Assembly (NCBI GenBank): GCA_947169185.1 | Contig: CAMVOS010000002.1 | Location: 14,080 to 78,079 of the forward strand | Direction of reading: 5' to 3' | DNA length: 64,000 bases | DNA from: an uncultured Prevotella sp. | GTDB lineage: Bacteria; Bacteroidota; Bacteroidia; Bacteroidales; Bacteroidaceae | Shown: positions 48,235 through 56,284 of the stretch, in pieces | Position numbering within the stretch: the stretch's first letter is position 1 | Layout of the letters: each line of letters starts with the position of its first letter | The notes under the pieces: generated by a model | Told to the model about the DNA's origin: nothing | Databases searched by the model: none | Seen by the model: only the letters and a program-made list of their open reading frames with translations | Position numbers and translations under genes: made by a program

Positions 48235-49490
48235 TTTTCTTGTTGAGCTGTTAGACAAACCGTTTGCGCGTAATCTCTTGTACACATCTCCCAGACCAGC
48301 TTTAACCATATTAAGACAACGGGTAGAGACTTAAGAGCAAAAGCTCTTATCCAGAAGGTTCGGATATATCCTGGGAATAAATCGGTAGGTGACAGAGAGG
48401 TCAGAATAAAGCAGAAAATTAGAAGGGCATAGTCCCAACGACTTCTCTGCCAGGGAACAGCCACAAACCAGATAGCCACTCCTATCATGGAGATAATATA
48501 ACTGCTGTTTTCTGAACCAGTACTGAATATGTTGACAATGATGAGAACCAATGCCAAGCACATGAGTTGGAAAGTGTGTGATTGATATTGCTTGAAACGA
48601 AGTCCGGGGAGGGCACTTATGATGAGCCCTGGGATTATCAGCCACAGGTCATTCCAAGTAGATACCCACCAGTTTGAAGCGTCAGGGGTAGTCTTGAACC
48701 AGTAGACGTTGTAGTATTCTGTTAGTCCAGCAGAACAGGCATAACCGATCTTTCTTACCATACCGAGTAAACTGATATTCTGAAAATCAGAGAACAAATT
48801 TTCTCCTCCCTTTTCCACGAGACAGACTGCCCATTCAATGTATTGTCTTCCTATGTATTCTATTCCAAAGAACGGCATGGGTGCTGCTATCAGTATAATC
48901 GTCCATAGAACGAGCCATAAGGAGAATTTCTTTTTGTTTTTTGCGAAAAAGAAGAAGGCCAGTCCCACAATTCCGTAAATCTTGACTAAAGTTCCTAATA
49001 CAATCCAGAAAGCAGCCCACATCTCTTTCTCTCTATGAATGGCGGAATAAGATAAGGCTATCATAGCTGCCGTTGCTACATTAAATTGTGACATTCCCAG
49101 AGCATTGAGCATTTCGTGAGCGGTTAACCATATTACGACGGTTTGTTGCGTGATGGTTAACGTACTTTTTTTGATAGCCCACCAGAGGAAAAGCGCCAAG
49201 GCCAGATGCCAAAGGAATACCCCCACCCATAAGGACGGAATAATGGCAAAGGGGGCTATGATAAGACTGAAGATGGGGCCGTAATGGTTTACATCAGAAT
49301 GATCTAAAGGGTAGGCAGCAAAAAGACTTTTCTGTTCTAAGGCATGCCAAAAAGTGAATTTGTATATTAGAAAATTGTTGAAGTTGTGCATATGGAGACC
49401 TACTGAAATAATCACCATTAACAACCAAAGTGAAAGTTGAATCCTTTTGTTGTGCCAGAAGTTCAACTGTAATATTGTGTTTAATTTCAT
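48231..49490 (-). CDS. GT87/DUF2029 polyprenol-phosphate-sugar-dependent glycosyltransferase
   Basis: Motifs NNFLIY, HYGPIFSLIIAPF, QFN, KIYGIVGLAFFFF and SENSSY. Start placed at MKLNTIL (49490). Confidence 0.85.
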   Translation of the reverse strand: MKLNTILQLNFWHNKRIQLSLWLLMVIISVGLHMHNFNNFLIYKFTFWHALEQKSLFAAYPLDHSDVNHYGPIFSLIIAPFAIIPSLWVGVFLWHLALALFLWWAIKKSTLTITQQTVVIWLTAHEMLNALGMSQFNVATAAMIALSYSAIHREKEMWAAFWIVLGTLVKIYGIVGLAFFFFAKNKKKFSLWLVLWTIILIAAPMPFFGIEYIGRQYIEWAVCLVEKGGENLFSDFQNISLLGMVRKIGYACSAGLTEYYNVYWFKTTPDASNWWVSTWNDLWLIIPGLIISALPGLRFKQYQSHTFQLMCLALVLIIVNIFSTGSENSSYIISMIGVAIWFVAVPWQRSRWDYALLIFCFILTSLSPTDLFPGYIRTFWIRAFALKSLPVVLIWLKLVWEMCTRDYAQTVCLTAQQEK

Positions 49491-49498
49491 TTTTATTT

Positions 49499-50437
49499 TT
49501 ATAGAATTTCTTGAATATGATACAGCGGACGGCGTTTGGCTTCGGTATAGATCTGTCCGATGTAAGTACCCATAATGCCCATTGAGATCAGAATGAAGCC
49601 ACCTACTAGATAGATGGAGAGCATCAGTGATGCCCAACCCTGTACAGCTGTGCCTACAGCAAGTGAGTAAATGACGTAGCAGCCGATGCATAATGCGATG
49701 ACGAGAAAGAGCAGCCCGATATTGAAAATGAGGTAGAGCGGTTTTACACTGAATGCTGTGATGCCGTTGAGCGCCAGTGCCAGCATTTTTTTCAGAGTGT
49801 ATTTTGACGCACCAGCTTCTCGTTCGCTAATTACATCGTCAACAGTTGTCGTCTGAAGTCCTATCTGTGGAATAAGACCACGCAGGTAGAGGTTGTGTTC
49901 CTTGTAGGTGGCCAACATTTCCAGCGAACGTTTACTCATCAGTCGGAAGTCTGCGTGGTTGTAGATACTTTCCACGCCCATCGAACTCTGTAATTTGTAA
50001 AAAGCCTGTGCTGATATACGCTTCATCATGGGATCGGCTTCACGGCTTACTTTTACGCCATAGACGATGTCGTTACCTGCTTCGAAATGCTTGACCATTT
50101 GCGGTATGCACTCTATGTCATCTTGCAAATCTGCATCAAGGGTAATAATGGCGTCAGCCCAGTCTTTGGCAGTCATCATACCTGCCATAATGGCATTTTG
50201 ATGTCCTACATTACGTGCCAGATTGATGCCTCTGACAAATTTGTTCTCTTGATGTAATTCACGAATGAGCTGCCAAGTATGATCACGGCTGCCATCGTTG
50301 ACAAAAACCATCATGCTGTCGCCCGAGATGAGTCCCTCGGCTATCATGCGTTCAAACAAGGCGGTAAGGCGATCTACAGAATGGCGCAGCACCTCTTCTT
50401 CATTGTAACAGGGAGATACGGTAGCTAACTTAATCAT
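49499..50437 (-). CDS. GtrB/ArnC-like GT2 polyprenol-phosphate glycosyltransferase
   Basis: Motifs PCYNEE, RNVGHQNA, DADLQD, DFRLMS, two C-terminal TM helices and EAKRRPLY. Confidence 0.92.
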   Translation of the reverse strand: MIKLATVSPCYNEEEVLRHSVDRLTALFERMIAEGLISGDSMMVFVNDGSRDHTWQLIRELHQENKFVRGINLARNVGHQNAIMAGMMTAKDWADAIITLDADLQDDIECIPQMVKHFEAGNDIVYGVKVSREADPMMKRISAQAFYKLQSSMGVESIYNHADFRLMSKRSLEMLATYKEHNLYLRGLIPQIGLQTTTVDDVISEREAGASKYTLKKMLALALNGITAFSVKPLYLIFNIGLLFLVIALCIGCYVIYSLAVGTAVQGWASLMLSIYLVGGFILISMGIMGTYIGQIYTEAKRRPLYHIQEIL

Positions 50438-51207
50438 GACTTGCGATTGACAAATTCTGTATAAGTAATAAACTCATGCTCTTTTTTCAACATCTTAATC
50501 AGGTTATCCAAACGTTGCATCATCTGGCGACCGCTATGATTCTTGATGATGAAGGGCATCTTGAACTCTGGGTGTTCTTTCAGGTCGAAGAACTCCCAAG
50601 GGTGGAAATAGGTGACAAAGTATCCATCCTTCTTAAGTACGCGTCGCACCATCCAATGATATACCCCCTCTGGCAGATTGTGCAAAGATAGCCAAAATAG
50701 GGGGAAACGGATAATCGGTGTGACGGAGGCGGGAATCTGCATGACCTTACCTTTCATAAACCAAGTACGTGGCTCTGTCAGGTGCATATATCGACCAGGG
50801 ATAAAGGCGGGGTTCAGAGATGAGTTGTAACGATATCCTACACGGGCTATCTCGCTGTCACTAACAGGGAACATGCGAGGTTGACGATAGCCATAGACTT
50901 GACGACCGGTAACACGCTCGACAATCTGTTTCGACACTTCGAAGTCGGTGTCCTTGGGTTGCCAGTGGTCTACACCATGACAAGCCACTTCGTGACCTTC
51001 GTCCATGATACGTTGCATCACCTTTGGCGCATGCTCGGCAAAGTTGCCCGTACAGAAGAACGTGGCCTTCACACCATTCTGCTTCAGCACATCCAGAATA
51101 CGGTTGGTACCCTCAATGCTGACCTTCATGCCATCTTCCAACGAAAAGTCAACGCCATGTTCGCGAGGAACGTCAAACTCTTCTGTGTCAAAACTCAGTA
51201 GAATCAT
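50434..51207 (-). CDS. Polysaccharide deacetylase family protein (CE4-like)
   Basis: Motifs LSFDTEEFD, ATFFCTG, HEVACHG, GYRQP and YFHPWE. Confidence 0.9.
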   Translation of the reverse strand: MILLSFDTEEFDVPREHGVDFSLEDGMKVSIEGTNRILDVLKQNGVKATFFCTGNFAEHAPKVMQRIMDEGHEVACHGVDHWQPKDTDFEVSKQIVERVTGRQVYGYRQPRMFPVSDSEIARVGYRYNSSLNPAFIPGRYMHLTEPRTWFMKGKVMQIPASVTPIIRFPLFWLSLHNLPEGVYHWMVRRVLKKDGYFVTYFHPWEFFDLKEHPEFKMPFIIKNHSGRQMMQRLDNLIKMLKKEHEFITYTEFVNRKS

Positions 51208-51229
51208 ATCATTTTTCTTAATTCGGTTG

Positions 51230-51257
51230 CAAAGTTACAAAGAAATTCGTAACTTTG
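51230..51257. promoter_or_regulatory. Back-to-back divergent promoters (deacetylase operon / GT4)
   Basis: TAACTTTG on both strands: 51237-51230 (-) and 51250-51257 (+). Confidence 0.7.
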
Positions 51258-51265
51258 CAACCAAT

Positions 51266-52396
51266 ATGACGAAAAATATCATCGGATTCGACGCGAAACG
51301 CATTGTTCGTAACGGAACAGGACTTGGAAGCTATGGGCGTACGCTGGTTAACGATTTGGCTCAGAGGCAGGATTTAGAACTGCGTCTCTATGCGCCAGAC
51401 CGAGGACGCGACGATTTGCGCTCTCAGATTGTCGAGTGTCCCAACGTCAGTTTCTGTTATCCTCATGGCGGACACCTGTATGGTTCCTTATGGCGTATGA
51501 GGAGTGTGGTAGCCGACTTGCAGCGCGATGGCGTACAACTGTATCATGGCCTTTCGGGCGAGTTACCCATCGGTATTCACCGTTCGGGCATCCGTAGTGT
51601 GGTGACCATCCACGACCTGATATTCCTCCGTCATCCGGAGTTCTACCATTGGGTGGATACCAAGATTTATGCTTGGAAGTTCCGTCAGACGCTGAAGGAG
51701 GCCGATCATGTCATTGCTATCAGCGAGTGTACCAAGCGCGACATCTTATATTATGGCGACATCGACGAGCAGAAGATATCGATAGTTTATCAGAGTTTTG
51801 CCCCTCGTTTCACTGCTGAGGTCAGCGACCAGCAGCGTTCACAGGTGAGACGGCAGTACGGATTGCCTCAACGCTATGTCCTTAATGTGGGGTCGATAGA
51901 GGCGCGCAAGAATGTGTTGCAGGCTGTTCAGGCCTTGCCGCTATTGCCTGACGACGTTGCTTTAGTCATTGTGGGTCGTCATACGCCCTATACTGACCGC
52001 GTGTTGCAGTATGCCCATGAACATCATTTGGAACAGCGCATCCGCGTGTTGCATGGCGTGCCTGACGAGCATCTGCCAGTGCTCTATGCTATGGCTGAAT
52101 CGTTTGTCTATCCGTCTGTCTACGAAGGCTTTGGCATTCCCATCATCGAGGCTATCAGTTGCGGTCTGCCCGTGGTGGCATGCTCAGGCTCTTGCTTGGA
52201 GGAGGCTGGTGGACCTGATAGCCTTTATGTCCAGCCTGGTGACGTCGAGGGTATGGCTGATGCCATCCGTCAGACATTGATTGGTGCAGATGGTAGGGAA
52301 CAGCGTATTGAAAATAGCAAAAAATACATCCGCCGTTTCAGCGGATGTAATGTAGGCGACCAGGTGGCAACGATATATCGCCAACTATTGGGTTAA
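51266..52396 (+). CDS. Glycosyltransferase family 4 (GT-B fold)
   Basis: Motifs VVTIHDL, VGSIEARKN and YEGFGIPIIEA. Start placed at MTKNIIG (51266). Confidence 0.92.
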   Translation: MTKNIIGFDAKRIVRNGTGLGSYGRTLVNDLAQRQDLELRLYAPDRGRDDLRSQIVECPNVSFCYPHGGHLYGSLWRMRSVVADLQRDGVQLYHGLSGELPIGIHRSGIRSVVTIHDLIFLRHPEFYHWVDTKIYAWKFRQTLKEADHVIAISECTKRDILYYGDIDEQKISIVYQSFAPRFTAEVSDQQRSQVRRQYGLPQRYVLNVGSIEARKNVLQAVQALPLLPDDVALVIVGRHTPYTDRVLQYAHEHHLEQRIRVLHGVPDEHLPVLYAMAESFVYPSVYEGFGIPIIEAISCGLPVVACSGSCLEEAGGPDSLYVQPGDVEGMADAIRQTLIGADGREQRIENSKKYIRRFSGCNVGDQVATIYRQLLG

Positions 52397-53121
52397 TATA
52401 ATTCGGAAGGAATGAGCTCTTTTGCTCGTTCGAAATCCTCTACTGTATCCAGTTCAATAGAGAAAAAGTTCGTAGTGTCTACCACATGGAAGTGGTGACC
52501 TTGGGGGATGAGGCGCTCGAAGGCACGTTCGTAGAAGATGTCGATGAGTCCTTCGTTCTCTATCATCTGTTCCAGCTCTTGGAATAATGCTGTCGAATAG
52601 TCGCTAGCAATACGTTCCACACCTACCGATTCGCCAATGGCGTCAGCAATACTGCATGTCTTGCTGAGTTCCACCACACGACCATCGCCATCGGTGATGA
52701 TCTTGATCTCCTCTTCACCACACTCGTGGCGGTTCAGTGCCAATGCCGTACCCTGTTGGTCGACAATGGCCTTCACCAGCTTTGGATCCAGCAGAATGTC
52801 ACTGTCCATCAGCAGGAAGTCCTTGCCATCCGTATAGGGACGTGTCATCCACAACGAGAAGATGTTGTTGTTGTGCTCATAGTCGGCATTGTGGATGAAG
52901 TGAATGGTAAGCGTAGGATAATGGTTCGCCAGAAAGTCGCGAATCATCTCACCACGATAGCCAGTCACCACTACCAATTCCGTGATGCCTGCTGCCAACT
53001 GTGCATCGACGGTACGCTCTAACAGCGTACGCTCACCCACCTTCAACAGACATTTAGGCTGTGTATCTGTCAGCGGACGCAGGCGCTTGGCCATTCCTGC
53101 AGCAAGAATTACCCCTATCAT
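52393..53121 (-). CDS. LicC-like phosphocholine/phosphonate cytidylyltransferase
   Basis: Motifs ILAAGMAKRLRPLT..PKCLL, NNIFSL, MDSD, GESVG and ELDTVED. Confidence 0.85.
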   Translation of the reverse strand: MIGVILAAGMAKRLRPLTDTQPKCLLKVGERTLLERTVDAQLAAGITELVVVTGYRGEMIRDFLANHYPTLTIHFIHNADYEHNNNIFSLWMTRPYTDGKDFLLMDSDILLDPKLVKAIVDQQGTALALNRHECGEEEIKIITDGDGRVVELSKTCSIADAIGESVGVERIASDYSTALFQELEQMIENEGLIDIFYERAFERLIPQGHHFHVVDTTNFFSIELDTVEDFERAKELIPSELY

Positions 53122-53507
53122 AGTTCCTTGTTGATTTTTGCGGCAATCTCCTTGAACTCTTCTTCGCTGAGCTTCAGTTTCTCCTTGCGGAAGTCGGCAT
53201 CGGCCTCACTCTGCATAGGAATCAGATGGATGTGTGCATGAGCCACCTCCAGACCAAGCACTACCTGAGCTACCTTCTTACAAGGGAAAGCTTTCTTGAT
53301 GGCAATGGCGACCTGCTTAGCAAACTGCTGATAACGGGCCAACTCGTCGTCAGCCATATCAAAAAAGTAGTCTACTTCGCGACGAGGAATCACCAACGTG
53401 TGACCCTTCACCAACGGATTGATATCGAGGAAAGCGTAGAACTCCTCGTTCTCTGCCACTTTATAGCTGGGAATCTCACCAGCAGCAATCTTTGCAAAAA
53501 TATCCAT
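53118..53507 (-). CDS. HIT family hydrolase
   Basis: Motifs AFLDINP, GHTLVIP and HAHIHLIP. Confidence 0.95.
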   Translation of the reverse strand: MDIFAKIAAGEIPSYKVAENEEFYAFLDINPLVKGHTLVIPRREVDYFFDMADDELARYQQFAKQVAIAIKKAFPCKKVAQVVLGLEVAHAHIHLIPMQSEADADFRKEKLKLSEEEFKEIAAKINKEL

Positions 53508-53511
53508 AATC

Positions 53512-53555
53512 CTTCTTTAACTTCTCTAACTTCTTTAACTTCTCTAACTTCTCTA
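53512..53555. repeat. 9-bp tandem repeat (CTTCTYTAA, about 5 copies) filling the greA-HIT spacer
   Basis: Seen directly: cttctttaa cttctctaa cttctttaa cttctctaa cttctcta. Confidence 0.9.
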
Positions 53556-54020
53556 CGCAATGCTGATGTTCTCGATGCGCAGCTTGATAGTACCACGTGG
53601 AATCGTAATCTCCACCTCGTCACCCACCTTTTTGCCCAGCAGTCCCTGGGCGATAGGGGTCTTGATGGAAATCTTACCAGCGCGTAGATCGGCCTCGTTC
53701 TCGCTTACGATGGTGTAGCTCATCTTGGCATTGGTGGTCAGATTGGTCATCTCAACCTTGGTCAGAATCTGGACGCTGTCCGTGCTCAGACGGGACGTAT
53801 CCACAACCTTAGCCTCGCTGATAGTAGCCTTCAGCTTGTTGATTTTATCCTCAAGATGTGCCTGGGCCTCTTTTGCGGCATCATACTCGCTGTTCTCACT
53901 CAAGTCGCCCTTCTCACGAGCCTCTGCAATGGCTGCAGATGCTTTGGGACGCTCTATCGCCTCCAGGCGATGCAGTTCGGCTATCAGTTTGTCGTAGCCT
54001 TCTTGTGACATGTAACTCAT
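53553..54020 (-). CDS. greA: Transcription elongation factor GreA
   Basis: Motifs GDLSENSEYDAAK and ISIKTPIAQGLLGKKVGD. Confidence 0.97.
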   Translation of the reverse strand: MSYMSQEGYDKLIAELHRLEAIERPKASAAIAEAREKGDLSENSEYDAAKEAQAHLEDKINKLKATISEAKVVDTSRLSTDSVQILTKVEMTNLTTNAKMSYTIVSENEADLRAGKISIKTPIAQGLLGKKVGDEVEITIPRGTIKLRIENISIA

Positions 54021-54069
54021 ATTTAAAATTTTAACATTTACAATTTACTATTTTATTCTTTAGACGCAG

Positions 54070-54145
54070 AAAAAAGAAAGAATCCCGACCTTCGTCGTCG
54101 GAATCCTATTTTTCTATCTATGTCTTTTACTCGTTTGCAAAGGTA
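54070..54145 (-). promoter_or_regulatory. greA promoter with an intrinsic terminator in the leader
   Basis: TACCTTTG at 54145-54138; hairpin GGATTCCGAC-7nt-GTCGGGATTC at 54106-54080 followed by TTTCTTTTTT, about 50 nt before the greA ATG. Confidence 0.6.
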
Positions 54146-54285
54146 GACATTTATTTTGAAACTGCCAAATTTTTCGCTTCAAAATTTCTCAATCAGATTG
54201 ATTTATGTCAAGAAAGTGTTTTGCTGACACCACTTTTTTGTGCTGATTTCTTGCACTTTACGGAAAAACCAATTACCTTTGCATC

Positions 54286-54350
54286 GTGTTTTTCATAGTA
54301 TTAGATTTAAGGTTAACAAAGGTCGGGGCTCAGCGGAGTCCCTTTTTTTT
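54286..54350 (+). ncRNA. Candidate small RNA of about 65 nt
   Basis: TACCTTTG at 54274-54281 with an upstream TTG; terminator GGGGCTC-AGCG-GAGTCCC followed by T8 at 54325-54350; no + strand ORF in between. The core TTTTCATAGTATTAGATTTAAGGTTAA looks like a conserved Bacteroidales motif (from memory). Confidence 0.6.
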
Positions 54351-55301
54351 GTGCCAAAAGGATATTAGTGCAAAGTAGAGCAGGGCACCCGTCAAGAGGC
54401 CGGCTATGGCATCGATGGCATAGTGGGCGTAGATATAGACGGTGGAGAGGCACATTAATATATAAAAAGGTAGAACGGTAAAGATGAGGCCTTTGCTTCT
54501 AGTGCGTAAGGCTAACAGCATCACGACCGTAGTAACTCCGACATGACTGCTGGGGAAGGCTGCTGTGGGACGCTCGCCAGCATCGTGCGTCAGGTCGAGC
54601 ATGTGATACCAGAAACCATCCGTCCAACCAGGTGCAGCCATTCGTTCGGAGTGTGTCAGGAACCAGTCGCCCAAGTTAGGGAAAATGCCTGCAGCAATCT
54701 TCTCTGTGCCTACGGCCAAATAGTAGAACTGCGGACCTGTGACGGGCAGCAATACGAAGACGACGTAGTAGGCAAAGAAAGACGCCAACATGGCAAAGGC
54801 TGTCATCTGGAACTCCTGATAACGCTTAAAGAAATAATAAAGGTAGGTGATGAGCATCAGTGGGAAATAGCTGACATAGCCTAAGCACATTAGTTCAGAA
54901 AACCAGCCGTATGATACCTTCTGCGAAAAGAGTAGGGATGGCTGACAACCAAAAAGCGACTGCTCCCAGCCTGCAAAGATGTGGTCGAGGTTGGGTAGGG
55001 CACGGTTCATTTCGTAGGTATCCGGATACCACCAGCCCAGGAATGCCATTTGTCCGAGAATGCGTAGGAAGATGGTGAGACGACAGGGCCACAGGCGATA
55101 GACGGCCCATAAGGCCAAGGTGACCAACACAAACTGGATGCGCCCCTTAATCATGTCTTCTGCGTTGGCCAACTTGTCCCACAGGATTATCATCATTAAT
55201 ACCGTGAATGCCAGATAGCCAAAGGCCACCCACTCGAAAGCCAACAAGCCCTTTGTGACCTTCTTCTCACGTATAAATAGATCGCCTGTCTTTAGAGCCA
55301 T
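54330..55301 (-). CDS. PAP2 superfamily membrane phosphatase/phosphotransferase (Aur1/IPC synthase-like)
   Basis: Motifs PVTGP, AAFPSSHVG and HYAIDAIAG; multiple TM helices. Confidence 0.88.
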   Translation of the reverse strand: MALKTGDLFIREKKVTKGLLAFEWVAFGYLAFTVLMMIILWDKLANAEDMIKGRIQFVLVTLALWAVYRLWPCRLTIFLRILGQMAFLGWWYPDTYEMNRALPNLDHIFAGWEQSLFGCQPSLLFSQKVSYGWFSELMCLGYVSYFPLMLITYLYYFFKRYQEFQMTAFAMLASFFAYYVVFVLLPVTGPQFYYLAVGTEKIAAGIFPNLGDWFLTHSERMAAPGWTDGFWYHMLDLTHDAGERPTAAFPSSHVGVTTVVMLLALRTRSKGLIFTVLPFYILMCLSTVYIYAHYAIDAIAGLLTGALLYFALISFWHKKKGLR

Positions 55302-56284
55302 TTGTTATCCTTATACCATTTAATACTACGGCGTACGCCTTCCTCTAATTTCACTTTCGGCTCATAGCCCAATTCTTTTTTCGCTGGTTCAATGTCACAA
55401 CGCCAATTGCGCTGACGCATGATGTTGTATTTGTCGTTGTTCAGGGCCGTCACTTTTCCCGTAATTCGTCCAACATATTCGCCTATGAATGTCACAACAC
55501 GCAGTACCCAAATAGGTGCAGTAATACGTATCCACCAGGGATTGCCCAACTCCTTGCGAATCAGGTTGCTGAAGGTCGACGACTGATACACCTCACCATC
55601 GCTGAGAAAGTAGCGGCGTCCCGTCACACCTTTTTCGCAGGCTAAGAAGACGGCCTGCACGACGTCCGTCACATAGACGAAGGTGATGTCCTGCTGCTTG
55701 TAGCCAACCGCAAAGTCGGTATGCGACTGGATGCTCTTGGCCATCATGAAATAGTCGCGCTCACGTGGACCATAAACACCCGTGGGCCTTAATATAACAT
55801 AAGGAAGTCCTTCAACAGTGTCCAACCACTTCTCGGCATCCAGCTTGCTCTGTCCGTAGGCAGTATTCGGGTGGGGCTCGTCGCTCTCACGAATCTCTTC
55901 GTAGGGCTGTTGCTCACGGATAGCGCCCATAATGCTGAGGCTGCTGATATAGACAAAACGCGTGACGCGCATCTGCAGTGCTTTCAGCACATGTACAAGG
56001 TGTTGGGTACCCTCGGTATTGATGCGGTGGAAGTCCTGCGCATCCAGACATTTCGTAACGCCAGCAGCATGCACGATATAGTCGAACTGGAGTCCTCGCA
56101 GCTGTTCTGTCAGCTGTTCTTCCGACGAGAGATTCAGCTCGATAAAGTTGATGCGCTCATCAGTCAGGAACTGACGTGAACTGCTCTTGCGTACTGCTGC
56201 CCACGTCTCGAAGCCCCGTCGGAGCGCCTCTTCTACAATAAAGGAGCCAATGAAACCACTGGCTCCTGTAATCAGTATCTTCAC
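55292..56284 (-). CDS. NAD-dependent epimerase/dehydratase (extended SDR)
   Basis: Motifs TGASGFIG, YGQSK and LRPTGVYGP. Confidence 0.92.
   Translation of the reverse strand: MKILITGASGFIGSFIVEEALRRGFETWAAVRKSSSRQFLTDERINFIELNLSSEEQLTEQLRGLQFDYIVHAAGVTKCLDAQDFHRINTEGTQHLVHVLKALQMRVTRFVYISSLSIMGAIREQQPYEEIRESDEPHPNTAYGQSKLDAEKWLDTVEGLPYVILRPTGVYGPRERDYFMMAKSIQSHTDFAVGYKQQDITFVYVTDVVQAVFLACEKGVTGRRYFLSDGEVYQSSTFSNLIRKELGNPWWIRITAPIWVLRVVTFIGEYVGRITGKVTALNNDKYNIMRQRNWRCDIEPAKKELGYEPKVKLEEGVRRSIKWYKDNKWL

Noticed and set aside
48231-52396. Extended N-termini in the ORF track (48309, 49691, 51005; likewise 1678, 27025, 40749, 42456)
   Set aside because: The extensions overlap neighbouring genes or promoters; downstream ATGs match family N-termini.
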